From contig JAUWDY010000005.1 in the NCBI GenBank assembly GCA_030608565.1, forward strand, positions 5,359-69,358: a stretch of 64,000 nucleotides of DNA, read 5' to 3'. The notes under the pieces are model-generated. The model was given only the letters and a program-made list of their open reading frames with translations, did no database searches and was not told the origin of the DNA. Source of the stretch: Candidatus Bathyarchaeota archaeon (GTDB lineage Archaea > Thermoproteota > Bathyarchaeia > Bathyarchaeales > Bathyarchaeaceae). This document shows, piece by piece, positions 17,304 through 26,865 of this stretch. Numbering within the stretch: the first letter of the stretch is position 1; each line of letters opens with the position of its first letter. A program made the position numbers and the translations under genes.

Positions 17304-18466
17304 AATTCGTCCTCAACATACTTGTATCGAGACTTTCTGTATCTCTGCATCTCATAAACCTTCTGAAGGCCATCAGTTAGGAAGGAGGGAAACGTAGCAC
17401 TACTCACAAACATATAGTTATACCGCGACATTAGCCATTGTAGAAACTTTCCTGAACGAGAAAGCCCTAGAGTATAAACCCTCATAGGGCGCTCCTCAAA
17501 GCCATGCTCAAACTTAAACCTTCTCAGCGACCTATGAAGACTCGGTTTATCAGCCTCATAGCTTACTCTATCAAAAGAATAGTATATCCAAGCGAAACCG
17601 CCACCACAAGCATGACGAATCAAATACTCCAGCAACGCGTCATTAGGACACTTGGGCATTGACTCAGACAACGACATCATCAGCATCAATAGAATAAGCT
17701 CGTTGAACTCTAACGTTGCCGAATAAGCTATCAATCGCCCACGAAAGAATGCGCCATAAATCCTGAAGCTTTCTCCCAAGAGTTCTTTATGCTTATTCAA
17801 ATAGACCAAAAAAGCGTCCTCATCTGAATGTGGATAGCGAGGATAACGTCTCTGCCGAAGAAAAGACGACATGTTGCACAGATACATGTCAGATATCCAC
17901 TTCTCATAGGACTTAATTTCACGTACAGACACCCCCTCTTTTTCAGCCTTCCTTGTTCTATTCCTAGCATGTTTGGAAAAGCCCGTCTTCCAGATCTCTT
18001 CAAACGGTTTTCTATCACTATTAAGAACATCCATAAAGAGCGGCTGAACAGAAGCATTCCTCTTCTCAAGCCAAATATCCATGAGACGCTCATACCTTTT
18101 GGGAAGAAGAAAAGGAGCGCTTATCGTCAACAAATCGACATGATTCTCCTTCAGGGTATTTACAACCGAATCAAGCGCCTCAGGTATCATAGAAATAGCT
18201 TCAGGGCTATTAGGAAGAACAGAAGCGATGTCGTAGACAGGAACCGTGACCGATCTCAAACCAAACGATCTTTCCAAAGTAAATGGAAAAAGGAGACGGT
18301 TTTTCCCTTTCTCAAAGACCAATGGTAGAACATGTTTACCACTAAAGGATAGCACTTCATATTTGTGATGAGAAACTGCGTAGGGACTCGCTTGCACCAT
18401 CTTGTTCCACACAAGGGGGTTTCTTTCGACATAAAGTCTCATAATCACCACACACCCGTGTAGCAT
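17300..18466 (-). CDS. FemAB/CelD-like GNAT-fold (aminoacyl/acyl)transferase, divergent copy
   Basis: The central box FSKHARNRTRKAEKEGVSVREI matches LNKRARWGVRKAERVGLKVKV and LDKKCRNAIRKAMKSGVRIKEV in the two clearer paralogs. The probable start is the ATG at 18466, in a TAATG overlap with the upstream stop. The track ORF extends to 18523. Confidence 0.55.
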   Translation of the reverse strand: MLHGCVVIMRLYVERNPLVWNKMVQASPYAVSHHKYEVLSFSGKHVLPLVFEKGKNRLLFPFTLERSFGLRSVTVPVYDIASVLPNSPEAISMIPEALDSVVNTLKENHVDLLTISAPFLLPKRYERLMDIWLEKRNASVQPLFMDVLNSDRKPFEEIWKTGFSKHARNRTRKAEKEGVSVREIKSYEKWISDMYLCNMSSFLRQRRYPRYPHSDEDAFLVYLNKHKELLGESFRIYGAFFRGRLIAYSATLEFNELILLMLMMSLSESMPKCPNDALLEYLIRHACGGGFAWIYYSFDRVSYEADKPSLHRSLRRFKFEHGFEERPMRVYTLGLSRSGKFLQWLMSRYNYMFVSSATFPSFLTDGLQKVYEMQRYRKSRYKYVEDEL

Positions 18467-19698
18467 TAAACTATGGAGTTTAGCACTTCTTCTAACCTCA
18501 TGATTAAAACGTCCCAACTGCACATCTTCTCAATGTAGCTTCGGGCGTTGCGTGCAATCGATTGGGAGAAACTCTTGTCTCTAATTACCTTGAGAATAGC
18601 TGAAGAGAGCCCATTAATGTCGCCAGGTTCTACGCGCACTCCAGTATAACCATCAACAATAATGCTTTCTGAAACCGCACCACGACAGACTACGACTGGT
18701 TTCTCGCACGCCATGTATTCCAAAACGGTTAGAGGAGTGGAACCGTAGATTGTTGGGTAGGAGGTCGTAGACAGAGGACCAATTGTAACATCTGCCAAGG
18801 ATATCAACTCTGGAACAGATGAATGTTCCACACTATCTACAAATTTTACAAAATCGCTCACGCCTAAGCGCTCTGCTAGAGATGTCAACTTTGGCTGTTC
18901 AGGTCCTTCACCTACGAACAACATCACTAAATCCTTCATTTCCTTTATAATCTGAGGTAACGCTTTAATCAGTAATTCTGGATGCCTTTGTCTATAAAGA
19001 CCGCCGAGAAACAGCACAACAGTTTTATTTTCTAAGTCTAATCTTTTGCGAAGTTCATCGCATTTTATGCCGGGTTTGAAAAGTTTTGTATCTACGCCGT
19101 TCGGAAAAACTACTAGCCTTCTGTCCTCTATCCTGCCTTCTCTCTTTATAACGTCTCTTAACTCTGGACTTTGCACCAAAATGGGGCTGTCACCTCTTTT
19201 CAATACTTCCACGTTTATTTTGCCTAATGCTAAGTGATAGAGTCTTTTCAGTTTTTGGGGTTCGATGGTTTCAACTATGAAGTCGTAAATCTTCACAACT
19301 AATGGTATTTTCAGAATGCGACACAGGAGATATGCAGAAACTGTGGCTAAGTGGGTGGGATGATACATGGATATTATTGCGTCGAATTTCTCAGCGGTTC
19401 GGCTCTGATTTAGAAGTAGGGCATTCGCGATTAGTGGAACATGAGCAATTGTGTGGGTGAATAATGTTGTAAAGCCATCATACCACTGTGTAGTCAGTGG
19501 TGGAATTGGAAGCGAATTAATGATTTGAAGGTTGTTCGCTTTTTCTCTATATATTCTTGCGGTTCCGGGACAGTCAGCAGAGACAACGGTCACTGTGTGG
19601 CCTCTCTGGGCAAGTCTTCTGACGATTTCATATGTGGTAACTGTAGAGGCGTGAGTTGGTTCTGTTGAGAAGTATTGCGTTACGTAAAGCAGTTTCAT
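18466..19698 (-). CDS. Glycosyltransferase, GT-B fold, family 4-like
   Basis: The N-terminus MKLLYVTQYFSTEP...RLAQRGHTVTVV is typical of GT4. The C-terminal pattern is LTVLEYMACEKPVVVCRGAVSESIIVDGYTGVRVEPGD. Confidence 0.8.
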   Translation of the reverse strand: MKLLYVTQYFSTEPTHASTVTTYEIVRRLAQRGHTVTVVSADCPGTARIYREKANNLQIINSLPIPPLTTQWYDGFTTLFTHTIAHVPLIANALLLNQSRTAEKFDAIISMYHPTHLATVSAYLLCRILKIPLVVKIYDFIVETIEPQKLKRLYHLALGKINVEVLKRGDSPILVQSPELRDVIKREGRIEDRRLVVFPNGVDTKLFKPGIKCDELRKRLDLENKTVVLFLGGLYRQRHPELLIKALPQIIKEMKDLVMLFVGEGPEQPKLTSLAERLGVSDFVKFVDSVEHSSVPELISLADVTIGPLSTTSYPTIYGSTPLTVLEYMACEKPVVVCRGAVSESIIVDGYTGVRVEPGDINGLSSAILKVIRDKSFSQSIARNARSYIEKMCSWDVLIMRLEEVLNSIV

Positions 19699-20687
19699 TC
19701 GTTGTACCCTCTCGGCAACTCAGACATCGTTTTGACCACGAGTTTGCTTTCGTCTCTTTTACTCTTAACGTACGAAAGAACTTTCTCGAAGTTTGAAAAA
19801 AAATTTCCGTTCGCACCAAAGTCTCTAAGATGCGTATACATCGTGAAAACTTTTCCTTTTTGTATGGCCTTGTTTATTCCTTGTATTGCTTTGAATGTCA
19901 CTAATTTGAGTGGAATCATCGGCTTTTTGCCGTAAGCTAGGCATCCTGGTGTGCCAACAAGCCCATGAAGGGTCTCTTTTGGAGTTACAACGTGTGGAGG
20001 AAAAAGAAAGTAATAGGACAAAAGTTGCAGTGCTAGAGAGGAGTAGGTTTTCAGGTAGTTAGAGGGTGTCTTTTCTAATTTTGTACACGGGTACAGTTTT
20101 GGGGGCACATCTCTGAATGAGACAAAACCGTGTTTTTTTAACTCATCCAAATGTCCTACATAGTCTCTGGGAAAAGCAAAGGTTTTCGGAGAAATGTTGT
20201 ATTCGGCTTTCATGAGGTCTATACATTTGGTTATTTCCGCTTTTGCTAACTCCTCTGTACATTCAGGGTCTCCAAATTGTTGATGAGAGAAGGAGTGGCA
20301 CCCAATCTCGTGATGAACCTTGCTTCTTCTAACGTAATGGACGATTTTGTCCACAATGTCTTTGCCGTACCACGCAGGGTCTTCATTAACGTTTGTGCAA
20401 GGATCATATTTGTACCAGTCGCCGTTTAACCAAGAATATTTCGGATGCGGCATGTCAGAGTGAGGCAGTTCATTTGGGTTTTCTTTGCTGCACTGGTTTA
20501 AAATGAGATGCCCCAATATGTTCCATGTAGCAGCAACTTCGTAGTTTTCAAGTAAGGCAAAAACATTGTTTATGGCTTTCCTAACGTTTATCGAAATGCT
20601 TGTCACTTTTGTTAGATCGATTTTCTTTCTGTGTACAAAGGCCCATGCTAATTCTACGTCTATGCTTAGTGAAAAAACTCCTGGCAT
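19695..20687 (-). CDS. Polysaccharide deacetylase-like (CE4/NodB-related) protein, divergent
   Basis: Motifs seen: SLSIDVE (variant of motif 1), ATWNILGH, and HEIGCHSFSHQQF (metal-binding H-x-x-x-H-type motif). Confidence 0.6.
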   Translation of the reverse strand: MPGVFSLSIDVELAWAFVHRKKIDLTKVTSISINVRKAINNVFALLENYEVAATWNILGHLILNQCSKENPNELPHSDMPHPKYSWLNGDWYKYDPCTNVNEDPAWYGKDIVDKIVHYVRRSKVHHEIGCHSFSHQQFGDPECTEELAKAEITKCIDLMKAEYNISPKTFAFPRDYVGHLDELKKHGFVSFRDVPPKLYPCTKLEKTPSNYLKTYSSLALQLLSYYFLFPPHVVTPKETLHGLVGTPGCLAYGKKPMIPLKLVTFKAIQGINKAIQKGKVFTMYTHLRDFGANGNFFSNFEKVLSYVKSKRDESKLVVKTMSELPRGYNE

Positions 20688-20709
20688 GTTCTCACAGCGG
20701 TTTGTGTGT

Positions 20710-21741
20710 CTAAACGGCTTTCAGGTTTCTTGCATGGCGAAATAGTGTCCATGCGAGACTGCTTGTTCTCACCATATGTAGACCAGCGTAAAGAAGTCTT
20801 CGGTTTAGGTAATAGTAGTACCATTGGACATCGCCGTTCCACCGTCTTTTGTAGTGATAGACTCCAAGTAGGTATGGAACTTGTCTTGGAGGAAGCCCGT
20901 TCATATCGTAAATTGTCACGCCGTTCTCTTTGGCCCACTCTATGCTTTTCCATTGTAGTAGGTTGTTTGGATTGTATGAACGGAAGGCACTTTCAGAGGC
21001 GTTTTGAAGGAAAATCATGTTTTGGTTATAAATGAGGAATAATGAGCCTGCTATTGTGCGTTTCTGGTGTTGGGCTAAGAAAAGGCGTGCCATGTTCTTG
21101 TGATGCAGCTTGAACATTTCTCGGAAGAATTCTAGGGGTTCGGGAGGATATTGTTTCTCTTTACCATGGACCGAGAATATGTGATAGAATTGTTCCCATT
21201 CTTTCCAAACAGTCGCTACTTTCACTTTCAGTCCAACACGCTCGGCTTTTCTGACGCCCCATCTTGCTCTTTTATTGAGTGCTTGCCAAATATCTTGGAG
21301 TGGCCTGTCAAGGTTGATGATTATTGTTCGGAAAGGGTAGCAGAAGTAGCCTTCACTCTTGAACGTCTGTTCAAAACTGTTGTTTATTGGAGGAAACGGA
21401 ACAAACAGGAGGTTCAGAGCTCTCTTTTTTTTCTTGTTCAAAATCTTCAGTATGCTTCTCATCACAGCTTCCCTGTTTCCCTTAAGGTAGAGGGGACCTC
21501 CTCGGATTTCATAGGAATCAATCAGCCCCATCATCTTCTTTTTGAAGAACATCACCCCTCCAATCGCATTCCCATCGTCATAGACTATTGAGAAAAATGG
21601 CTTCATACCTAGACCATTTCTTTGCACTTGAGCCCATTCATAAGTCTGGAAAGCGTCACAAACTTCACTTTTCATCAACAATTCATTCCACTGTTGGACG
21701 TCAAGGTTATCGATATCAACTATCTTTACGTCGTACGCCAA
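20710..21741 (-). CDS. FemAB/CelD-like GNAT-fold transferase
   Basis: Motifs seen: FQTYEWAQV..., LNKRARWGVRKAERVGLKVKV, AGSLFLIYNQNMIFLQNASESAFRSYNPNNLLQWKSIEWAKENGVTIYDMNG, GVYHYKRRWNG. This pattern fits FemAB (PF02388) / Acetyltransf_6 (PF13480) proteins. Confidence 0.7.
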   Translation of the reverse strand: MAYDVKIVDIDNLDVQQWNELLMKSEVCDAFQTYEWAQVQRNGLGMKPFFSIVYDDGNAIGGVMFFKKKMMGLIDSYEIRGGPLYLKGNREAVMRSILKILNKKKKRALNLLFVPFPPINNSFEQTFKSEGYFCYPFRTIIINLDRPLQDIWQALNKRARWGVRKAERVGLKVKVATVWKEWEQFYHIFSVHGKEKQYPPEPLEFFREMFKLHHKNMARLFLAQHQKRTIAGSLFLIYNQNMIFLQNASESAFRSYNPNNLLQWKSIEWAKENGVTIYDMNGLPPRQVPYLLGVYHYKRRWNGDVQWYYYYLNRRLLYAGLHMVRTSSLAWTLFRHARNLKAV

Positions 21742-21750
21742 AACTTCACC

Positions 21751-22263
21751 TCAACTGACACTCGTTCTCTGACGAACCAATCCAACAACACTCATTAATA
21801 ATAAGACAATGCGATGTAAGAAACTTCCTGGCAATCTAGAACATAGTTCATGCAAAAAAGTATACACAAGTTTACCTTTAACATTCAACGGAATCATCAT
21901 AAGTACATAACCAAAATCTCTAAACTGTACAACTTCTCTGTACCCTACCTTTGAGGCTACATGTAAAGCTGGCAAATTCCAAAGATGTATGGCTCCAGCC
22001 ACGAAGTCCAGACCTCGTCTACGTGCTTCACTATAAGTTTTCGCCTCAAGTTTTGTGCCCAACCCTCTGCCACGATATTCTTCCTTTAGATAAGCTAGAG
22101 CGTAGTTAGATATTTTTGCAATACTACAACCACCTACTACCTTATTATCACTCGTAACACAAATAACCAATATTTGAGAGGATGAAAACGCATCCTTATA
22201 CTTCTTAGGGAACGTTTCAAGTTTATCTCTTAACTGTTCCCCACTACCTACAATAAATTTCAT
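21751..22263 (-). CDS. GNAT-family N-acetyltransferase with a hydrophobic C-terminal extension
   Basis: The acetyl-CoA-binding motif is EEYRGRGLGTKLEAK. It is paralogous to 24430..24963, sharing GEQLR, YRGRGLG, MMIPLN.KG and a C-terminal ...F/LH..CS.LP..FL.R tail. Confidence 0.7.
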   Translation of the reverse strand: MKFIVGSGEQLRDKLETFPKKYKDAFSSSQILVICVTSDNKVVGGCSIAKISNYALAYLKEEYRGRGLGTKLEAKTYSEARRRGLDFVAGAIHLWNLPALHVASKVGYREVVQFRDFGYVLMMIPLNVKGKLVYTFLHELCSRLPGSFLHRIVLLLMSVVGLVRQRTSVS

Positions 22264-22342
22264 GCAAGTCTTCCCTTCAGCCGTTCAGCTCACTTGAGAC
22301 AAAAATCATTCGCATCCACCAATCAATTAACAACCCGAACAT

Positions 22343-23317
22343 TCACCTACTCTTTAGAAAGTTAAAGAATCCTATAGCGAGTCCTATAAGCCAAGCAAAG
22401 TATCTAACATTAAAAGCAATAGGAAAAAGAAGCATACTCCAATCCTTATGTTTTTGGATTATCCTAATAGCCTGAGGCGTATGGTACAGGACAAGACAGA
22501 GAAAGGCCAGAAGCGACACCCAAACGACATTCAAAAGAAACCACAAGGGCGTAAGCACTATCAAAGATGCCAACATCAAGGGAACATACAGACTTGGTGG
22601 ATGCTGCTCCTTCCCACGCAAAAGCTCAGGATGCTGAAGAAAATTATTGATTTCATAAACCACAGTTGCGACTTGATTCTTGAAATACTTTCGCAACGAA
22701 GGAACCCATTCATGATAACATACAGCGTCCTTCTGTAAAACAACCTTCCAACCGGCTTCAAAAGCTCTATGGGCTAAGTCTTCATCGCTATTCCGTTTCA
22801 GTTTCTCATCAAAAAAACCAATCTCCTCGAGCATTTTCCTTCGATATGCTGTGGAGGCACTCGTGATGTAATCGACGTACTTCGACTCAAGTCTATCATA
22901 TCGATCCTCAGACTCGAAACCGACAACCTTCGCCCAAAAACTGGCATTGGATTTTGTGGCTAGATACCCGCTTACAATTCCAACTTTAGGATCGTTGAAC
23001 TCCCTCACTATTATGTCTAGCCAATCTCCCTTCAGGTAAATATCTGCGTCTATGATGACTACGATTTCTCGTTTGGCAACCCTTACTCCAGCATTCATCG
23101 TTGACGGGTAGCCACTATGTTCTTTCGCAATCAACTTCACAGGGTACTCTTTGACTATTCGAACCGTTTCATCCACAGAACCGTCATCCACTACGATTAC
23201 TTCAAGTTTATCATCTGGATAATTCAGCTTGGATATATGCTGGAGAACATCAGAAATAGTTAATTCACCATTGTAAACAGGAACAACCAAAGAAACGAAA
23301 GGTAAACGATTTTTCAT
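22343..23317 (-). CDS. Glycosyltransferase family 2 (GT-A) with C-terminal TM helices
   Basis: Motifs seen: VSLVVPVYNGE...VVDDGSVDET...IIDADI (DxD). Three C-terminal hydrophobic helices follow. Confidence 0.85.
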   Translation of the reverse strand: MKNRLPFVSLVVPVYNGELTISDVLQHISKLNYPDDKLEVIVVDDGSVDETVRIVKEYPVKLIAKEHSGYPSTMNAGVRVAKREIVVIIDADIYLKGDWLDIIVREFNDPKVGIVSGYLATKSNASFWAKVVGFESEDRYDRLESKYVDYITSASTAYRRKMLEEIGFFDEKLKRNSDEDLAHRAFEAGWKVVLQKDAVCYHEWVPSLRKYFKNQVATVVYEINNFLQHPELLRGKEQHPPSLYVPLMLASLIVLTPLWFLLNVVWVSLLAFLCLVLYHTPQAIRIIQKHKDWSMLLFPIAFNVRYFAWLIGLAIGFFNFLKSR

Positions 23318-23341
23318 TTTTCGCCCTCCATCCGGACACTT

Positions 23342-24463
23342 CTATGTTGCTATCGCACTAATTATACTTGGACCAACCTGCCTAACGAAAACTTGAGGCA
23401 ACAGAGACCACAATCGTGACAAAATCAAATATTTCCTTTGAAGAGGATCAGGAACCTCCGCATTTTTCATCATTAAGACATGGTTTTCTAACGGAACCTT
23501 GCAACCGCCCCAACCACTCTTAAAATGATATATTCCCCCATCTTCAGGTCTGGTTTGACCCAAATCCAAGGTTGCAAAATCGTTTTCCATCCCCCATTTA
23601 ATAAGGTGCCATAACAGAAGATTCGTCGGATTTAGCCTCGAATATTTTCGATCCATAACGTTGTTAAACCAGTACAATTTGTTCCCAAAATAAAACACGG
23701 TTATACCACCTATAGCCTTACCGTCAGACAACGCCAATATCATGCGCAACCCCTTTTGTTGAAACACGTCAAAAACGTTTCTAAAGAAAACCTCCGAATG
23801 CGGCGGAGAACCATGCCTGCTTTCAGTATCCAAGTGTAAACGATAATATTGCCCGATATCATCGAAGTCAACTTCCTTAATCCTAACACCCGACTTCATG
23901 GCTTTACGAATGGCATTTCTGCATTTCTTATCTAAACTTCCCCAAAGCTCAGACTCGCCTTTCGTCAGGTCCACCTCAAAGGTTAGATATCTTCGCATAG
24001 GTCTAAAAACCGAAGTTGGAAACGTCAGGGAAAGAGAAAATCTAGGTTGCCTCAATTCCACGTAGTCTACCCCAAGAGCCCTAGCTAAGGCACTGAGACG
24101 CTTAGAAAAAATAGCTAAAGTCAATTTCACATCTGAAGAATCAATTGAATTCGCTAAAAGTGGACCACCATACTCCGCAAAGGGAAGCGAAACAAGTTTG
24201 TCAGCGAATATCCTGCTTCTGATGTAGATCAGCGGTAGAACTCCTACGATCTCCTCACCTCGTTTCACAGCAAAATAATATCGCTGATACCGATACGTCT
24301 TGCAAAGAACATCGCCCCATTCCCACAGATGGTAGAAACTGGCCCAAGGATTAGACGTAACCCATTCATTCCACAAATCTTTATCATCGCCAAAAAACGG
24401 AACTATCGAAAAACTCAACTCAAGCCCGCCTAATCTTCTTGAACAGTCCTCTTGTAGAACCAC
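23342..24463 (-). CDS. FemAB/CelD-like GNAT-fold transferase
   Basis: Motifs seen: FYHLWEWGDV..., LDKKCRNAIRKAMKSGVRIKEV, IGGITVFYFGNKLYWFNNVMDRKYSRLNPTNLLLWHLIKWGMENDFATLDLGQ, GIYHFKSGWGG. The real start may be internal, because the track ORF overlaps the upstream gene by 34 nt. Confidence 0.7.
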   Translation of the reverse strand: MVLQEDCSRRLGGLELSFSIVPFFGDDKDLWNEWVTSNPWASFYHLWEWGDVLCKTYRYQRYYFAVKRGEEIVGVLPLIYIRSRIFADKLVSLPFAEYGGPLLANSIDSSDVKLTLAIFSKRLSALARALGVDYVELRQPRFSLSLTFPTSVFRPMRRYLTFEVDLTKGESELWGSLDKKCRNAIRKAMKSGVRIKEVDFDDIGQYYRLHLDTESRHGSPPHSEVFFRNVFDVFQQKGLRMILALSDGKAIGGITVFYFGNKLYWFNNVMDRKYSRLNPTNLLLWHLIKWGMENDFATLDLGQTRPEDGGIYHFKSGWGGCKVPLENHVLMMKNAEVPDPLQRKYLILSRLWSLLPQVFVRQVGPSIISAIAT

Positions 24464-24963
24464 CCATGGACACGCGTTAAGAATAAGTCAGGCAGAAAGG
24501 AGCACACATCCTTCAAAAACTCACATACAAATCTACCTTTGAGGTTTAAAGGAATCATCATTAAAATAAGATTGGGTTTTCTAAGGTATGCAACCTCTTT
24601 GAACCCGCACTTGGAATAAAGGTGAAATGCCGTTATATTATCAGAAGAAACAGACAAGGTTACGAAATTGAGCCCCCGCTTCTGCGCTACATCAATTGTT
24701 TTCGCCAAGACTTCTGAGCCCAATCCTCGACCACGATAACCTTCTTCAACATACAAAACAAGAACATTGAATATGCTCCTTATGCCACAAGCAGCTACTG
24801 CGTCATTATCGTTGACTATGAAAACGACCAGTAACCCAGAAGAAGCAAGTTCGCTTGCCAACGGAAACCCTTGCACTTTTCCTCTCAATTGCTCGCCATG
24901 ACCACAAAGAAACTTCACGTATGGTTCCCCAAACAATTGATATGCTAGGCTATCAACCATCAT
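24430..24963 (-). CDS. GNAT-family N-acetyltransferase (paralog of 21751..22263)
   Basis: Motifs seen: EEGYRGRGLGSEVLAK, HLYSKCGFKEV, MMIPLNLKG. See the paralog notes under 21751..22263. Confidence 0.7.
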   Translation of the reverse strand: MMVDSLAYQLFGEPYVKFLCGHGEQLRGKVQGFPLASELASSGLLVVFIVNDNDAVAACGIRSIFNVLVLYVEEGYRGRGLGSEVLAKTIDVAQKRGLNFVTLSVSSDNITAFHLYSKCGFKEVAYLRKPNLILMMIPLNLKGRFVCEFLKDVCSFLPDLFLTRVHGWFYKRTVQED

Positions 24964-25823
24964 ATATTTATCCCATAAGCTTCTTCAAGCATGCTCATCA
25001 CGGGCACTCTCTTGCAATCGCTGAAAGTTTTTAGAATATGTTCGATAGCTTTAAGCGTATATTCTCCACATCGCCTAGTAACATGAAAAGGAATCCCATC
25101 AAATTTTGGAACGTTCGAGTCTACATCTAATGGATGGAAGTAAAGAACGACAGGTAAGCCCTTACGTAATAGAAGCCTAACCGCTGTCTTCACATAGTCC
25201 ACACCTAAATTCCTCAAAAACCACCCTCCTCCTGCCGGCAGACGAATGTGTGGAAAAACCGCAACAGGAACCTCAAAAAAATCCCTGTGCTCAGACTGCT
25301 TCACAAGGTTTTGCCTGCTTGGACGGTACGGATGAAGCGGAGCACCGTAGTAGCCAAACCACCCAGGTATTTTGATGGACGGCGCGACGGAAGAATCATA
25401 TAGATACCCAATCCTCTCAAGCACATCAAGAACCTCCGTGTTAATTTGAAAATTCGGAGCTCGAAAACCCTTAGGCGTCTCTCCAGTTATCTTTTCTAAC
25501 AAACTTCGATTCCTTTTCTCCATCTTTTCTAACTCATCAAAGGGAATCTTAGTGAAGTCCCGGTGCATGTACCCATGAGAAGCTATCTCGTGACCTAAAT
25601 CATGAATTTCTTCAACAATTTCTGGAAAGGCCTCGGCAACTTCGCCTAACACGAAGAAAGTTGAGCTTACGTGATAATCTTCAAATATCTTCAAAATGCT
25701 CCGAAGAGGTTTAAAGAAGGTTCCCTTAGGAAGCTTATAATCATAGTATTTTAGGATCTCCTCTTCTCCAGGAGGCCACAAGTCATGATAGATTTCTTCA
25801 ACATCAACGGTGAGGCTCATCAA
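24960..25823 (-). CDS. Polysaccharide deacetylase (CE4), exosortase-locus-like subtype
   Basis: Motifs seen: LTVDVEE...SSTFFVLGEVAEAFPEIVEEIHDLGHEIASHGYMH. This resembles the deacetylase family found in PEP-CTERM/exosortase loci (from memory). Confidence 0.8.
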   Translation of the reverse strand: MMSLTVDVEEIYHDLWPPGEEEILKYYDYKLPKGTFFKPLRSILKIFEDYHVSSTFFVLGEVAEAFPEIVEEIHDLGHEIASHGYMHRDFTKIPFDELEKMEKRNRSLLEKITGETPKGFRAPNFQINTEVLDVLERIGYLYDSSVAPSIKIPGWFGYYGAPLHPYRPSRQNLVKQSEHRDFFEVPVAVFPHIRLPAGGGWFLRNLGVDYVKTAVRLLLRKGLPVVLYFHPLDVDSNVPKFDGIPFHVTRRCGEYTLKAIEHILKTFSDCKRVPVMSMLEEAYGINI

Positions 25824-25848
25824 TACTCTTAACCACTAGTTTCCACTT

Positions 25849-26856
25849 CTATCTATGCGCCGCACATCTTCCATTTACAATTTCAAATATGGCTTCTTTT
25901 GGGCTCTTCAACGCTTCAATTTTGAAGAAGCCTTTGATATCTCCAATGTCAGTATGCATGGCACGCTTATCTCCGACGCTGAAAAGGATGGGCAATCCCT
26001 TGTCGACGACCTTGATCTCGGGATTAACTTTTCCGGTCGTATGAAGGATAATAGCCTCCTTAACGATTTCTGCCAACTCTAAAATTGTTATTGGCTTAGG
26101 ATGGAACAAATTGAAGATGTGCCTTTCTGAAGTTTCTGTGCCTGTTCCTTCATCCATGATTTCTTTTATGCGCGAATGAAAAGCTTTGCAAACGTCGTCT
26201 ATAGCTATGTAGAGCATGGGTCGATACATGCTGTGCAGGTATGGTGTTATCGGTTTTCCTTTCAGTCCATTTGTTATGAAAATGTTGGCCGCAGCTTTTT
26301 CGGGCATATGCTCACCTAGGACGGTGCCCAACCTCATTATATTATAGGTCTTTTCGCTAGCTATATCATCATAAAAGCGCATAAGCCCTTCCTGAATCAT
26401 TTTAGACACAACGTAGAGTTTGGCCCTATCCTCCACCTTGTCTGGACGATAACCAAACGAAACGTCTATTACTCCGCCGTATTCTCGCTCACCGAAAACG
26501 TGCCAAGTACCAGTGAGAATGAGTGCTGAAGTTTCAGGAGTCTCTTTAACAAGCCTGCATAGGTTCTGGGTGCCAAGAACATTCACTTCATACGCTCGCT
26601 CCTTCACCTCATCGATAGCTGGAATCTGAATGATAGCCGTGTGAATCACAACCCTCGGCTTTCCAAGCTTATCTCTAACCTCGTCAAATCGTGTTATGTC
26701 ACAGGTTCTATGCTCAACATCAACATCCTTCAACAACGGAGGAGCAGGAACAACATCAAACGTAACCACATCATAATAACGACTCAAATGCCCGGCAAGT
26801 GCTGATCCCACAAAGCCAGCGCCAATAATGGCTACGTCATAAGGCCTCAATCTCAC
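25849..26856 (-). CDS. NAD(P)-dependent epimerase/dehydratase/oxidoreductase (SDR-like)
   Basis: It has the N-terminal Rossmann motif VAIIGAGFVGSALAG and a YxxxK motif (YVVSKMIQE). It is 335 aa. Confidence 0.7.
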   Translation of the reverse strand: MRLRPYDVAIIGAGFVGSALAGHLSRYYDVVTFDVVPAPPLLKDVDVEHRTCDITRFDEVRDKLGKPRVVIHTAIIQIPAIDEVKERAYEVNVLGTQNLCRLVKETPETSALILTGTWHVFGEREYGGVIDVSFGYRPDKVEDRAKLYVVSKMIQEGLMRFYDDIASEKTYNIMRLGTVLGEHMPEKAAANIFITNGLKGKPITPYLHSMYRPMLYIAIDDVCKAFHSRIKEIMDEGTGTETSERHIFNLFHPKPITILELAEIVKEAIILHTTGKVNPEIKVVDKGLPILFSVGDKRAMHTDIGDIKGFFKIEALKSPKEAIFEIVNGRCAAHR

Positions 26857-26865
26857 CGCCTCAAA